DNA of 63,926 nt, the filler included, from an uncultured bacterium (GTDB lineage Bacteria; CAYJRR01): assembly GCA_964372275.1 (NCBI GenBank). It is 3 parts of 3 records of this genome, joined end to end, with 100 filler letters (N's around TTAATTAATTAA, not from the genome) between each part and the next. Parts side by side here need not be neighbours in the genome. Positions count along the whole stretch, not along the records: positions 26,526 to 52,920 come from CAYJRR010000064.1; positions 53,021 to 63,926 come from CAYJRR010000147.1; 1 more part is not named here. One strand, written 5' to 3'. The position numbers and the translations under genes were made by a program. Of this stretch, positions 48,523 through 57,233 are shown piece after piece. The notes beneath the pieces are model-generated. The model saw only the letters and a list, made by a program, of their open reading frames with translations, was not told the DNA's origin and ran no database searches. Position 1 is the stretch's first letter, and every line of letters starts with the position of its first letter.

Positions 48523-49878
48523 TCACGGGCGTCCCGACGGCACGGTCGATCGCAGGTACGACGCGGCGAATTCGAATCGCGCAACGACGCCGACCGACCA
48601 CAACGTTCCGTCGGCGACGTAGGCGCCGACGGGATCGGTCGGATCATCGCGGGTGACGACGCGACGCCGAAGCGCTCCGTAGGTGACATGGGCATCGAGC
48701 GAGAGCGGACCGGTGAGGACCGGCGGATCGCGGAATGCAACGCCGAGCCCAAAGCCGACGGTGTGTCGGTCGGCGTCGATCAGGTTGCGCGTGGGGGTCG
48801 GCTTCGGCGCCGGCGTCGGTTCGAAGGCGTAACCGGCCCGGAGCGCCGGACGGATCGCCCGCTCTCCGCTCGGGCGCCATTCGAGCCCGAGGCGCGGGCT
48901 CCAGGTGTCGTGGAAACGCGGGTCCTCCTCCTCGTGGCCGTGCGAGCCCGGCGGCAGGTTTCCGGCGCGGTCGATCACCTCGATGCGCTTGAAGCCATTC
49001 GGGTCGGAAAACGTCGACCAGCGGCTCCACTGGAGGTCGGCGGCGGCGACCAGACCGTTCCTCTCCCAGCTCGCCCCGAGCACCCACTGCTGCGGCGTAT
49101 AGAAAAGGCGGTCGGTCGCGTCGACCGAGATGTCGGCGTCGATGGTGCCGATGGTGGCGCGAAGGGTGGTCGGGACCGACAGCTCGGTGACGTTCTCCTG
49201 GCGGAAGGCGAGACCGGTCGTGACACCGGCGAAGGGACCGGCGCGCACGCCCGCGTAGACGGTTCGGGTCGGCTCCAGCCGCGCGTCGAGCGCCGCCCCC
49301 TGCTCGTCGCCGTACTCGATCTCGGTGAGGGCCCGGGTGTGCGACAGGAGCGAGACCGAGATCCCCAGGTCGACCTTCTCGGCCGCCGCGATGCCATATC
49401 CGCCCATCACGTGGATCCGATCGCGGCGCGCGTCGACCAGCGCGAACTGCGGCGATCCGGTCGGCCGGAGTCGGACGCCGTACAGCCCGGCGTCGGGCAC
49501 CTGCAAGGCCATCGCCAGGCCGGCCCGCCGCCCGAAGGTCGAAAGCCCGAACCCCATCCCGATCGACGACGCGCGCGCGTTCCGCGGACCCACGTCCCGT
49601 CCGTTGAGCGTGAGCGTGGTGGGGGCGAGCTGGTACCCCGCGACGATCGAGATCCCGGAAAGGGACGCGAGCGCCGCCGGGTTGTAGTAGTTCGCGTGCA
49701 CGCCGTCGACGCTCGCCACCCCGGTCGATCCCATCGCCGCCGCGCGGGAACCGAACCCGTACAGCTCGAGCGCGGTCGCCGAGGCGCGCCCCGCGGCGCC
49801 GATCGCGAGCGCCAACGCTCCAAGCGCCACCAGGATCCGACGTCCGGCGCCGAACCCGGCCGTTTTCAATACTCCCAT
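48523..49878 (-). CDS. FadL/OmpP1/TodX family outer-membrane transporter
   Basis: Signal peptide; YGFGSRAAAMG...NYYNPAALA; RWSTF, FHDTWSPRLGLEW, LRAGYAFEPTPAP. Confidence 0.85.
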   Translation of the reverse strand: MGVLKTAGFGAGRRILVALGALALAIGAAGRASATALELYGFGSRAAAMGSTGVASVDGVHANYYNPAALASLSGISIVAGYQLAPTTLTLNGRDVGPRNARASSIGMGFGLSTFGRRAGLAMALQVPDAGLYGVRLRPTGSPQFALVDARRDRIHVMGGYGIAAAEKVDLGISVSLLSHTRALTEIEYGDEQGAALDARLEPTRTVYAGVRAGPFAGVTTGLAFRQENVTELSVPTTLRATIGTIDADISVDATDRLFYTPQQWVLGASWERNGLVAAADLQWSRWSTFSDPNGFKRIEVIDRAGNLPPGSHGHEEEDPRFHDTWSPRLGLEWRPSGERAIRPALRAGYAFEPTPAPKPTPTRNLIDADRHTVGFGLGVAFRDPPVLTGPLSLDAHVTYGALRRRVVTRDDPTDPVGAYVADGTLWSVGVVARFEFAASYLRSTVPSGRP

Positions 49879-51137
49879 GAGACCCCCGCCGCCGCGGCCA
49901 GGAGGCGACCGCCGGTCTCGTGAACGAGCTCGGTCCCTTCGGGGACGGCGCTCGCCGCCTTGCGGTGGGTGCGGGACGCGAGCGCCTGCGCCTGGAGGCC
50001 GACGTCGAACCGGATCCGTCCTTCGCGCCACGGCATCGCCACCCCGCCGCCGAGTCCGATCCGGTGCCGGTCGTTGTCGAACAGGTTGTAGTCGTCGGTC
50101 ATCTCCGGCGCGGGGGTCGGCTCGAATCCGTAGCCGGCGCGCGCGAAGAGGATCCGTCGGCCGACGTTCCATCGCCGTTCGCCTCCCGCCGCGACGGCGA
50201 CGGTGTCCCGGAAGGCGGGGAACGTCGCCGTCGTCGCCGGGATGCGCCCCATCACCATCGTCGGGTTGGGGAACTGCGACCACCGCTTGTAGGAGAGGTC
50301 GAGCGACGCGGTCCACGCCGGTCTCTCCCATGCCGATCCGAGGGCCACCTGCGTCGGCACGAACTGCGTGGTGGCGGCCAGGCCGGGGGTCGAGGCGCGC
50401 AAGCCCCCGAGATCGTTCTCCGCCGGGGTGTCGAACTGTTGCGCCATCCGGTGGCGGTAGGTCGCGGCGACCCGCCACGGCCGGTCCGGCGGCGCGTAGC
50501 GTACGGCGAAGATCGGCTTCATCGTCGTCGAGAGAAACCCGTCGCTGGTGGCGTCGGTCCCGTTCTCGTCGGAGACGATCCGTACCCGCGCCTTCACGTC
50601 GGCGAGAAAACGGATCCCCAGGCCGACCGCCCACGAACGGTCGATCCGGAACGATCCGCCGCCGTACACCCCCATCACCTGGCCGTGGTTCTGCAGGAGC
50701 ACGAACTGCGGCTCCTCCGCCGGTCGCGAGTAGACGCGGATCAGCTTGTCGTTGGGACTGCTCAACACCAGTCCCATCGCCATCCGGTCGGCCAGCCACC
50801 CGCGGAGCGGGAACGGCAGGGTCAGCCCGAGCGCCGTCCCGCGCACCGGCTCGACGTGCTCGCGGCGGCCGTCGATGTCGAGGGAGGAGTCGGCCTGCAC
50901 CCATGCCGCCGAAAACCGGAGACGCGGACTGTCGGCGAGGGCGGCGGGATCGTAGTAGGCGCAGCCCGGGTGGTCGCCGATCGCCGTCATCGCCCCGGCG
51001 ACCGCCAGATCGCGCGGACCGACGCCGAACAGCTCCTGGGGGCTCGCCTGCGCGCGTCGCGGCCCGGCGACCGATGCCGAAAGGACGAGCGCTCCGGCGA
51101 CGAGGCGTTGGAAGGAGGCGTGGAATGGGAGGCGCAT
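49866..51137 (-). CDS. FadL/OmpP1/TodX family outer-membrane transporter (second paralog)
   Basis: FGVGPRDLAVAGA...AYYDPAALA; RWSQF, FRDT, RAGYGFEPTPAP; ends VSWEY. Confidence 0.85.
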   Translation of the reverse strand: MRLPFHASFQRLVAGALVLSASVAGPRRAQASPQELFGVGPRDLAVAGAMTAIGDHPGCAYYDPAALADSPRLRFSAAWVQADSSLDIDGRREHVEPVRGTALGLTLPFPLRGWLADRMAMGLVLSSPNDKLIRVYSRPAEEPQFVLLQNHGQVMGVYGGGSFRIDRSWAVGLGIRFLADVKARVRIVSDENGTDATSDGFLSTTMKPIFAVRYAPPDRPWRVAATYRHRMAQQFDTPAENDLGGLRASTPGLAATTQFVPTQVALGSAWERPAWTASLDLSYKRWSQFPNPTMVMGRIPATTATFPAFRDTVAVAAGGERRWNVGRRILFARAGYGFEPTPAPEMTDDYNLFDNDRHRIGLGGGVAMPWREGRIRFDVGLQAQALASRTHRKAASAVPEGTELVHETGGRLLAAAAGVSWEY

Positions 51138-51186
51138 CGCGGCAGGTTCTACCGCGTCCGGAAGCGACCCGTCCACCGCAGCCGGT

Positions 51187-52089
51187 CTAGTAGTGGATGC
51201 GCACGGGGGCCGGCATGAAGGTGACCGCCAGGAGCATCGCGGAGAGCGCGACCAGGATCCGGGCGTCGGTGGCCAATCGCGGTTCGGGGGCCGGCACCGG
51301 CGGGTGCCACGCGACGAAGAGGCGAAGCAACAGCCCCCACACCACGTAGCTCCACGACCCGAAGACCGCCAGCGCCATCACGGCGAGCGATAGCGGACGC
51401 GCCACCCGGGCGGCGCGGTCGCCGAACAGGGCATACGCGATGTGGCCGCCGTCGAGCTGCCCGACCGGGAAGAGGTTGATCGACGTCAGGAGGAAGCCGG
51501 TCCACGCGGCGAAGAACAGAGGCGTGGCGAGCAGGTCGTGTCCGGCCGGCACGTCGACGCGGAGGATCCGCTCGAGGATCCAGGTCCCGATGCTGCCGCC
51601 CAGCTCCATCGTGACCATGCCGTCGGAGGGGTCGGGACGGGGTACCGTCGGGCAGGTGGCGATCGCCAGGACCATCATCGCGATCGCGACGACGCCGCCG
51701 GCGAGCGGTCCGGCGGCGCCGATGCGCAGCAGGATGCTGCGGCTCGGCGGAAGCTCCTTCATCGCGATCACTGCGCCGAACGTTCCGATGCCGAACGGCA
51801 TCGGGATGAAGACCGGGAGCGACGTCCGCACTCCGTTCGCCCGCGCCACGAGGTAGTGGCCCATCTCGTGGGTGCCCAGGATCGCCATCAGACCGGCGGC
51901 GTAGATCGCGGCCTGCCACAGGACCGGCGGCGACGACCGCGCGAGCGGAGGGCCCTGCCCCTGCATCGCGAAGAAGGAGGACGCGTGGTCGAGGCCGACC
52001 GAGAAGACCGTCACGCAGGTGAGCGCCAGGCAGGCGGGCGGTACCCACGGGCGTTCGATCCATCGCGCGAGCCGGCCGCCGTGGCTCAC
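51187..52089 (-). CDS. Site-2 protease (M50 family)
   Basis: HEMGH, PVFIP...GTFGAVI, AAGPLAG, NLFPVGQLDGGHI; GTG 52089 overlaps the upstream stop (GTGA). Confidence 0.92.
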   Translation of the reverse strand: MSHGGRLARWIERPWVPPACLALTCVTVFSVGLDHASSFFAMQGQGPPLARSSPPVLWQAAIYAAGLMAILGTHEMGHYLVARANGVRTSLPVFIPMPFGIGTFGAVIAMKELPPSRSILLRIGAAGPLAGGVVAIAMMVLAIATCPTVPRPDPSDGMVTMELGGSIGTWILERILRVDVPAGHDLLATPLFFAAWTGFLLTSINLFPVGQLDGGHIAYALFGDRAARVARPLSLAVMALAVFGSWSYVVWGLLLRLFVAWHPPVPAPEPRLATDARILVALSAMLLAVTFMPAPVRIHY

Positions 52090-52334
52090 CGTTCGGTTTC
52101 CCGCGCGGAGAAGCTCTCCTGCACCGCGAGCGCCTCCCGCTTCGCCGCGCGTCGGGCGGCCCCCGTTCCCAGGGCGAAGGCGAGGAGGACGTCCGCCAGG
52201 ATCTCCACCGGATCGAGCAGCTCGCCCACGACGGGGAGGAGCAGGTCGTCCGACACCGTCACGACCGAGAGGAACAGGAGCGCGATCAGCGTCTTCGGAT
52301 CGAGGTCGCGCCAACGGATGGGGACGTTCGCCAT
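52086..52334 (-). CDS. Small membrane protein (82 aa)
   Basis: Hydrophobic hairpin with embedded Asp/Pro (SDDLLLPVVGELLDP) and a basic tail. Confidence 0.7.
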   Translation of the reverse strand: MANVPIRWRDLDPKTLIALLFLSVVTVSDDLLLPVVGELLDPVEILADVLLAFALGTGAARRAAKREALAVQESFSARETER

Positions 52335-52403
52335 CGCCCCTATCTAGCACAACGGTCCGCCCTCCAGGCCTCGTCGGGGATCGTTCCGCGCCTACGCGCC
52401 TCT

Positions 52404-52418
52404 CGGGGGACTCCCCCG
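52404..52418. repeat. REP-like palindrome, copy 2
   Basis: CGGGGGACTCCCCCG, intergenic, identical to 42261-42275. Confidence 0.6.
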
Positions 52419-52517
52419 CACCCCCTTCCGCACCCGTCCTCCAGGGTCGCCGTGATCGCGGCCGCAGGGTGCTACAATCGACCACGGTCGCAGAGGCTTT
52501 CGCGAGAGGAGCCTTGG

Positions 52518-52920
52518 GTGGCGCTCCGGCCGGGAACCCCCTCTTACCAGCAGGCGCTCGACACCTTCGTCGAGGAGGTCGAACGGGCGATGCGCGAGCG
52601 GTTGGCCGCCGTCGGCCCCTTCCGGAACCTCGCCGAGCTCGAGGCCGAGATCGACCGACTCGCGCTCCGGCTCGATCTGTTGCTGCGCGAACCGGAGCTG
52701 CGCGAGATCGCGGCCGAGATCGAAGGGCGCCGCAGCCGGCTGGTGTTGAAGCGCGACGAGCTCAAGCCGTTCCTCACCCGCTGCGAACGCGAGCTTTCGC
52801 TCTACCGCAGCGCGCAGGCCTCCCGCGCCCCCGGCGTGGGCGGGGCGGCGGCCGTCCCGCCGGCGCCGCCCGCGGCGGCGCCCATCCCCGGACGGCCGGC
52901 GCCGGCGGCGACGCGAACGC
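52518..52920 (+). CDS. Helical hypothetical protein, N-terminal fragment (truncated by the contig end)
   Basis: GAGGAG before GTG 52518; coiled-coil-like segment, then a Pro/Ala linker. Confidence 0.65.
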
Positions 52921-53020
52921 NNNNNNNNNNNNNNNNNNNNNNNNNNNNNNNNNNNNNNNNNNNNTTAATTAATTAANNNNNNNNNNNNNNNNNNNNNNNN
53001 NNNNNNNNNNNNNNNNNNNN
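52921..53020. other. Artificial contig linker
   Basis: 44 N + TTAATTAATTAA + 44 N. Confidence 0.98.
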
Positions 53021-53377
53021 TACTACGCCGTCTTCCAGGAGCCGCTCAACGCCAAGGAGTACGTCGTCCAGGTGTTCGACAAGGGCGCCGCCAACGGCGC
53101 CTCGGTCCGCAGCGAGCGCCGCGAAGGCACGCCGCAGACCTCGCAGACGACCGCCGGCTGGACCTTCGACGTCCCCGAGTGGCCGATCCCCAAGAGCGCC
53201 GACAAGGTGGTGGCGAACGACGTCTGGATCCAGCCCGGCCACACCTACGAGGTCTACATCCTCAAGCCCCTCGCCCGCGGCGAGTTCCGCGTCGCCGAAG
53301 CCGCCGGTTCCGGCGGCTCGACCTCCGCAGGGGGACGGGGGGGAGCCCCGCTGGGAGCGCGAAGCGCGGACCGCTAG
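53021..53377 (+). CDS. Hypothetical protein, C-terminal fragment
   Basis: Open frame from the contig start (YYAVFQEPLNAKEYVVQVFDK...GHTYEVYILKP) with typical GC3 bias. Confidence 0.65.
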   Translation, partial: YYAVFQEPLNAKEYVVQVFDKGAANGASVRSERREGTPQTSQTTAGWTFDVPEWPIPKSADKVVANDVWIQPGHTYEVYILKPLARGEFRVAEAAGSGGSTSAGGRGGAPLGARSADR

Positions 53378-53787
53378 TCCAGGAAGCGGGACTGCAGCTC
53401 CGGCGTCGGAAGCCAGCAGGCCTCTCTCTTGCCGAACCAGCGGTAGCGGTGGCGGGCGATCACGCCGTAGACGAAGTCGCGGATCGGCGTCGGCACCGCC
53501 AGGAAGATCGAGAGGAGCGGCCAGGGGAAATCCATGCGGCGGGCGATGCGGAGAGCCGCGCCGGAGCGCGCGTAGGTGCGGCCGTCGAGGACCAGCAGCA
53601 TCGTCTCCAGGCGGCGATCGGGGGGGATCCCCTGGCGGGAGAGGAGCTCGGCGCCGGTCTTCGACTGGAGCGACGCGAAGCGAAACCGGCCGGCCTTGTC
53701 GCGACGGAGGATGAACTGGACGCCCGCCTCGCAGAGGTTGCAGAGGCCGTCGAACAGCACCAGCGGCGGATCGGGCGAAGGGCCCAT
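53374..53787 (-). CDS. DCC family thiol-disulfide oxidoreductase (DUF393)
   Basis: VLFDGLCNLC, FRFASLQS, RSGAALRIA, IARHRYRWFGK. Confidence 0.93.
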   Translation of the reverse strand: MGPSPDPPLVLFDGLCNLCEAGVQFILRRDKAGRFRFASLQSKTGAELLSRQGIPPDRRLETMLLVLDGRTYARSGAALRIARRMDFPWPLLSIFLAVPTPIRDFVYGVIARHRYRWFGKREACWLPTPELQSRFLD

Positions 53788-53836
53788 CGTTTCGCCCTCT
53801 ACGATAGCGCGCAATCCGGCCGATGCCGAGCGCGGG

Positions 53837-54646
53837 CTATTCGACGGCGCCCGAGCCGTTCGCCGTGGCGAGGTCGGTCGCAGACGGGTCGTGCGTCGCT
53901 ACCGGTTCGTCGGGAACCGGCTCCTCCGGCGCGACGGTCGTCGTCGAGACGGCGATGTCGACGTTCGCGTCGCTTGCCACCGCTTCCGCCGGGGCATCGA
54001 CCGACTCCTCGGCCGGGACGTCGATCTCGCGGAGGAGCACCGCGGGATCGATCGGCCCCTTCTGGCGGGCCTTGTCGGCGTACATCGAGGCGTCGGCGGC
54101 GGAGAGGAGACCCTCGACGGTGGTGGCGTGGTCCGGCCAGCAGGCGTAGCCGATCGACAGGCCGATGCGGATGGTGCGTTCGACGTTGTCGTGCTCCAGC
54201 CGGGCGCGAAGGCGCGAGATCACCGTCGAGCAGCCGTGGCTGCCGGCGTTGGGAAGCAGGATCACGAACTCGTCACCGCCGATTCGGCAGAGCACTTCGT
54301 GCTGCCGCAGGTTCTCGGCGATGAAGCGGGCGACGCGCTTGAGCGTGTCGTCGCCGACCAGATGGCCGTAGATGTCGTTGACCATCTTGAAGTCGTTCAG
54401 GTCGATCAGGATCAGCGAGAAGGTCGAGCCCTGGGCCCGGTTCGCGCGGCTGATCTCCTCCGCCAGCCGCTCGTCGAAGAACCGGCGGTTGCGAAGTCCG
54501 GTCAGCGGGTCGCGGTAGGCCAGGACGCGGAACGATCGCAGCTTGCGGATGGTCTCCCGGAGCGCCGCGTTCTCGCGACGCAGCTGTTCGATCGTCCCGC
54601 GCGGGGAGCCCTCGATCGGATCGGGGAGCGGATACGAGATCGACAC
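53837..54646 (-). CDS. Diguanylate cyclase (short coiled coil + GGDEF + acidic tail)
   Basis: AYRDPLTGLRNRR, DLNDFKMVNDIYGHLVGD, RIGGDEF, ADASMYADK. Start inferred from the upstream sigma-54 site. Confidence 0.92.
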   Translation of the reverse strand: MSISYPLPDPIEGSPRGTIEQLRRENAALRETIRKLRSFRVLAYRDPLTGLRNRRFFDERLAEEISRANRAQGSTFSLILIDLNDFKMVNDIYGHLVGDDTLKRVARFIAENLRQHEVLCRIGGDEFVILLPNAGSHGCSTVISRLRARLEHDNVERTIRIGLSIGYACWPDHATTVEGLLSAADASMYADKARQKGPIDPAVLLREIDVPAEESVDAPAEAVASDANVDIAVSTTTVAPEEPVPDEPVATHDPSATDLATANGSGAVE

Positions 54647-54659
54647 GCTCCGATCTTTC

Positions 54660-54674
54660 GCAAGCGATGTGCCA
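54660..54674 (-). promoter_or_regulatory. Sigma-54 promoter of the GGDEF gene
   Basis: Minus strand TGGCAC-ATCGC-TTGC, matching the TGGCAC-N5-TTGC consensus. Confidence 0.8.
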
Positions 54675-54865
54675 CGCGACTCCGTCGGTCTCCCCGTCGG
54701 AATCGTGGGGGAATTTCCGCCGGCGGGCGGCGACGGCGTCAGCCGATTGACGCCCGGGCCGCGGCGGCGTTGACGTCCGACCCGAGGGCTTGGGCTTGGC
54801 GAACGGTCGAGCCTGGAGTAGTACCCGCACGAGCGTGCCCGGCACCCCAAGTGCCGGCCGCTCGG

Positions 54866-54951
54866 GCCGAAGTGGCGGAACGGTATACGCGGGGGACTCA
54901 AAATCCCCTGTCCGCAAGGGCGTGTGGGTTCGAATCCCTCCTTCGGCACCA
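54866..54951 (+). tRNA. tRNA-Leu (anticodon CAA)
   Basis: GCCGAAG/CTTCGGC acceptor stem; GGGGA-CTCAAAA-TCCCC anticodon arm; long variable arm; GGTTCGAATCC T-loop; encoded CCA. Confidence 0.97.
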
Positions 54952-54992
54952 TCGGCTTGCGGCCCCGTGACCGGCTCCTAAGGTCCCGGACG

Positions 54993-56040
54993 GTGGAGTC
55001 CGGCTTCGACCCGGCGGGTCACGTCACGCTGTTCCTCGCGCCGACCGACGGCGCGGCGTCGTTCGTGCGGCGCCGGGTCGATCGCGCGGAGCGGCTCGTC
55101 GGCGCGACGCCGCTGCGCGAGACACTGATCTCCGTCTCCACCGAGGCGGAGCGGCACTTCGATCGACTCCGATCGCGGCGGATGGCGTTGGGACTGATCG
55201 CCGGCGGCGGCCTTCCGACGCCCGACGCGATCGAGCTCGACGCGCCGGTGGAGAACGAGCTGGTGGTCGGCGGTCGGCCGGCGCTCCGGCAGCTGCTCGG
55301 CCGCAGCCCCGACTTCGAGCGCGCGCTGGTGGCGGTCGTCCTCGACGAGGGGGCGCGGATCGTCGAGGTGGTACTTCCCCGAGGCCAGGAGGCCCGACGG
55401 GCGGACAGACCGGACGCGCCCTCGACCGGTTCCTCGCGCGGGCCGGCCGCTCACCCGGCCGGCGCCGCGAAGCTCCGATACCGGCGGGTCGCCTTCGGTC
55501 CGCTCGATCCGCACCTCCCCGAGACGGCCGCCGTAGCTCAAGACCCGAGCGTCGGGCAAGCCGGTCNNNNNNNNNNCGCACCTCCCCGAGATCGCGGGGA
55601 GGCTCGTCCTCCACTGCGCCGAACAGCGGCCGGCGAAGATCGTGGTCGGGGGATCGCGCCTGCTGCGCGATCGGCTGCTGCACCGCCTGCCGGCGGAGCT
55701 CCGCGTCCGGGCCGTCGACGTCGTTTCGCTCGAGCCGGGCACCCGCCTCGCCGAGGTCGGTCTCCGCGAACTGGAGGAGACCCACGACGCGGCGCGGGGC
55801 GGACGCGACGGCGTCGCCGACGCGATCCGAACGGCGCTGGAGGACGGACCCGCGGCGGTGGGCTCCGGCGAGGTCGGTCGCGCCGCCGCCGAAGGGCGGA
55901 TCGCGACGTTCTTCGCCGCGCGCGAGCCCGACGCGGCGCTCGCGCGCGCGGTGATCGAACGGGGCGGCTCGATCGAGCACGTTCCGCGCTCGGAGCTTCT
56001 GCGTCGATGCGGCGGCATGGCGGCGGCGCTCTTCTGGTGA
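54993..56040 (+). CDS. Bacterial archaeo-eukaryotic release factor (baeRF/eRF1-like) family protein, split by an assembly gap
   Basis: LDAPVENELVVGGRPALRQL, ALVAVV..GARI, IVVGG...LPAEL, AAVG..EV..AAAEGRI, GGSIEHV...GGMAAALFW; one continuous frame if the duplicated 15-mer flanking the gap is merged. Confidence 0.65.
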
Positions 56041-56045
56041 CATCG

Positions 56046-56273
56046 ATGGCCTCGAAGCGAACGACGGGAAGCGGGAGGAGGAAGCGGAGGGACGGCGGTC
56101 CGCGTCAGGGGATCGCCGAAGCGGACCTGCCCCAGTTCGACGTCGACGACGAGACGGCGCCGCCCAAGCGTCCGCCGGCGACTCCGGTTCCGAGGCCGCC
56201 GACCCGCCACCCGGGAGACGAGGTGCCGGCGCGCCTCCCGCAGCAGGTGGAGGAGCGCTTCTCGGTCACCTAG
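56046..56273 (+). CDS. Small disordered hypothetical protein (75 aa)
   Basis: ATG 5 nt after the upstream stop; basic N-terminus, Pro-rich. Confidence 0.5.
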   Translation: MASKRTTGSGRRKRRDGGPRQGIAEADLPQFDVDDETAPPKRPPATPVPRPPTRHPGDEVPARLPQQVEERFSVT

Positions 56274-56309
56274 CCGGGGGCGCGCGGCCGACGGCGCCCG
56301 CCGAGCGCG

Positions 56310-57080
56310 TCACGGCTGCAGCAGGTCGTGCGTGCGGTCGAAGCCGGTCGCGCCGGCGCCGCCGGTCAGGAGGTGATTGCGCGAGACCGGCTCCCAGTTG
56401 CGGTAGACGATCCCATCGCTTCCCAGGAAGTCGACGTACGGCTTGAACTCGTAGGTGGCGTGGTGGCTCGAGCTGCCGGTCCCCGCCCAGCAGGGGAAGG
56501 CGGCGAAGAAGCGGTGCCGGACCACCTGCTCGCCGTGACGGTCGACCGCCTCGCCGACCGCCACGAGCGCATCCTTCGGGATCGCGCGCGGCAGGCGGCT
56601 GTGGCCGCTGACGTGGAAACCGAACGACGAGGCCTCCGCCAGCGCGCCGGCGCGGGTCACCGTCTCGATCTCGGTGAGGCGGCACGGCGTGTCGCTGGAG
56701 CCGGTGATCCATCCTCCTTCCGGGTCCTGGGTGGCCAGCACCACGAAACGGTGCGCCAGCGGACCGGCGCCGGGCCCGCGCTCCGCGGCGATCCGGGCCT
56801 CGATCGCCGCGGTGCAGTCGAGGCGCCTCCAGGCCGGGTTGGCGCTGGGACCGATCTCGACGCAGGCGTCGAAGTCGAAGCCGGGCCCCGGTTGCATCAT
56901 CGACGTCCGCTCCGCGCGCAGCACCCGGATGTCGGAGACGTGGTCCTGGTCGACCACCGTCTGCGCGAGCGACGCGAACGGGCCAGCCGCCGCCGACGCG
57001 CAGCCGTCGTCCGCCGAGACCGCGGGCGATGGAAGGAGCGCGATGGCTGCGACGAGAACGGGGAGCGCCGGGCGGTTCAT
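56310..57080 (-). CDS. Secreted hypothetical protein
   Basis: Signal peptide ending AVSA|DD; several Cys; YEFKPYVDF...YRNWE. Confidence 0.75.
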   Translation of the reverse strand: MNRPALPVLVAAIALLPSPAVSADDGCASAAAGPFASLAQTVVDQDHVSDIRVLRAERTSMMQPGPGFDFDACVEIGPSANPAWRRLDCTAAIEARIAAERGPGAGPLAHRFVVLATQDPEGGWITGSSDTPCRLTEIETVTRAGALAEASSFGFHVSGHSRLPRAIPKDALVAVGEAVDRHGEQVVRHRFFAAFPCWAGTGSSSHHATYEFKPYVDFLGSDGIVYRNWEPVSRNHLLTGGAGATGFDRTHDLLQP

Positions 57081-57094
57081 GGCCCGCGTCGTCG

Positions 57095-57110
57095 AGCAAC
57101 GCACGTGCCA
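57095..57110 (-). promoter_or_regulatory. Sigma-54 promoter of the secreted hypothetical gene
   Basis: Minus strand TGGCACG-TGCG-TTGCT, a full consensus match. Confidence 0.85.
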
Positions 57111-57233
57111 CGGTCCGACGTACGGAATCGCTGGGGGTTCGGCGATCCGCCGGCGTGCGCGCCGTCGCAGGTGGGACGCGCGAGGACCGAGCCCGGGAAA
57201 CGCTTGCTCGAATCCGCTCCGAACATCCGATGC

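Noticed and set aside
53837..54952. 371-aa GGDEF ORF as given in the track
   Set aside because: Its 5' extension runs antisense through tRNA-Leu and the sigma-54 promoter; the real start is near 54646.
55525..55576. Programmed frameshift or pseudogenisation of the baeRF-like gene
   Set aside because: The frame change coincides with an N gap flanked by a duplicated 15-mer, which is best explained as a scaffolding artefact.
54866..57200. tRNA-Leu as the attachment site of a genomic island
   Set aside because: No integrase and no duplicate of the tRNA 3' end was seen within the window.
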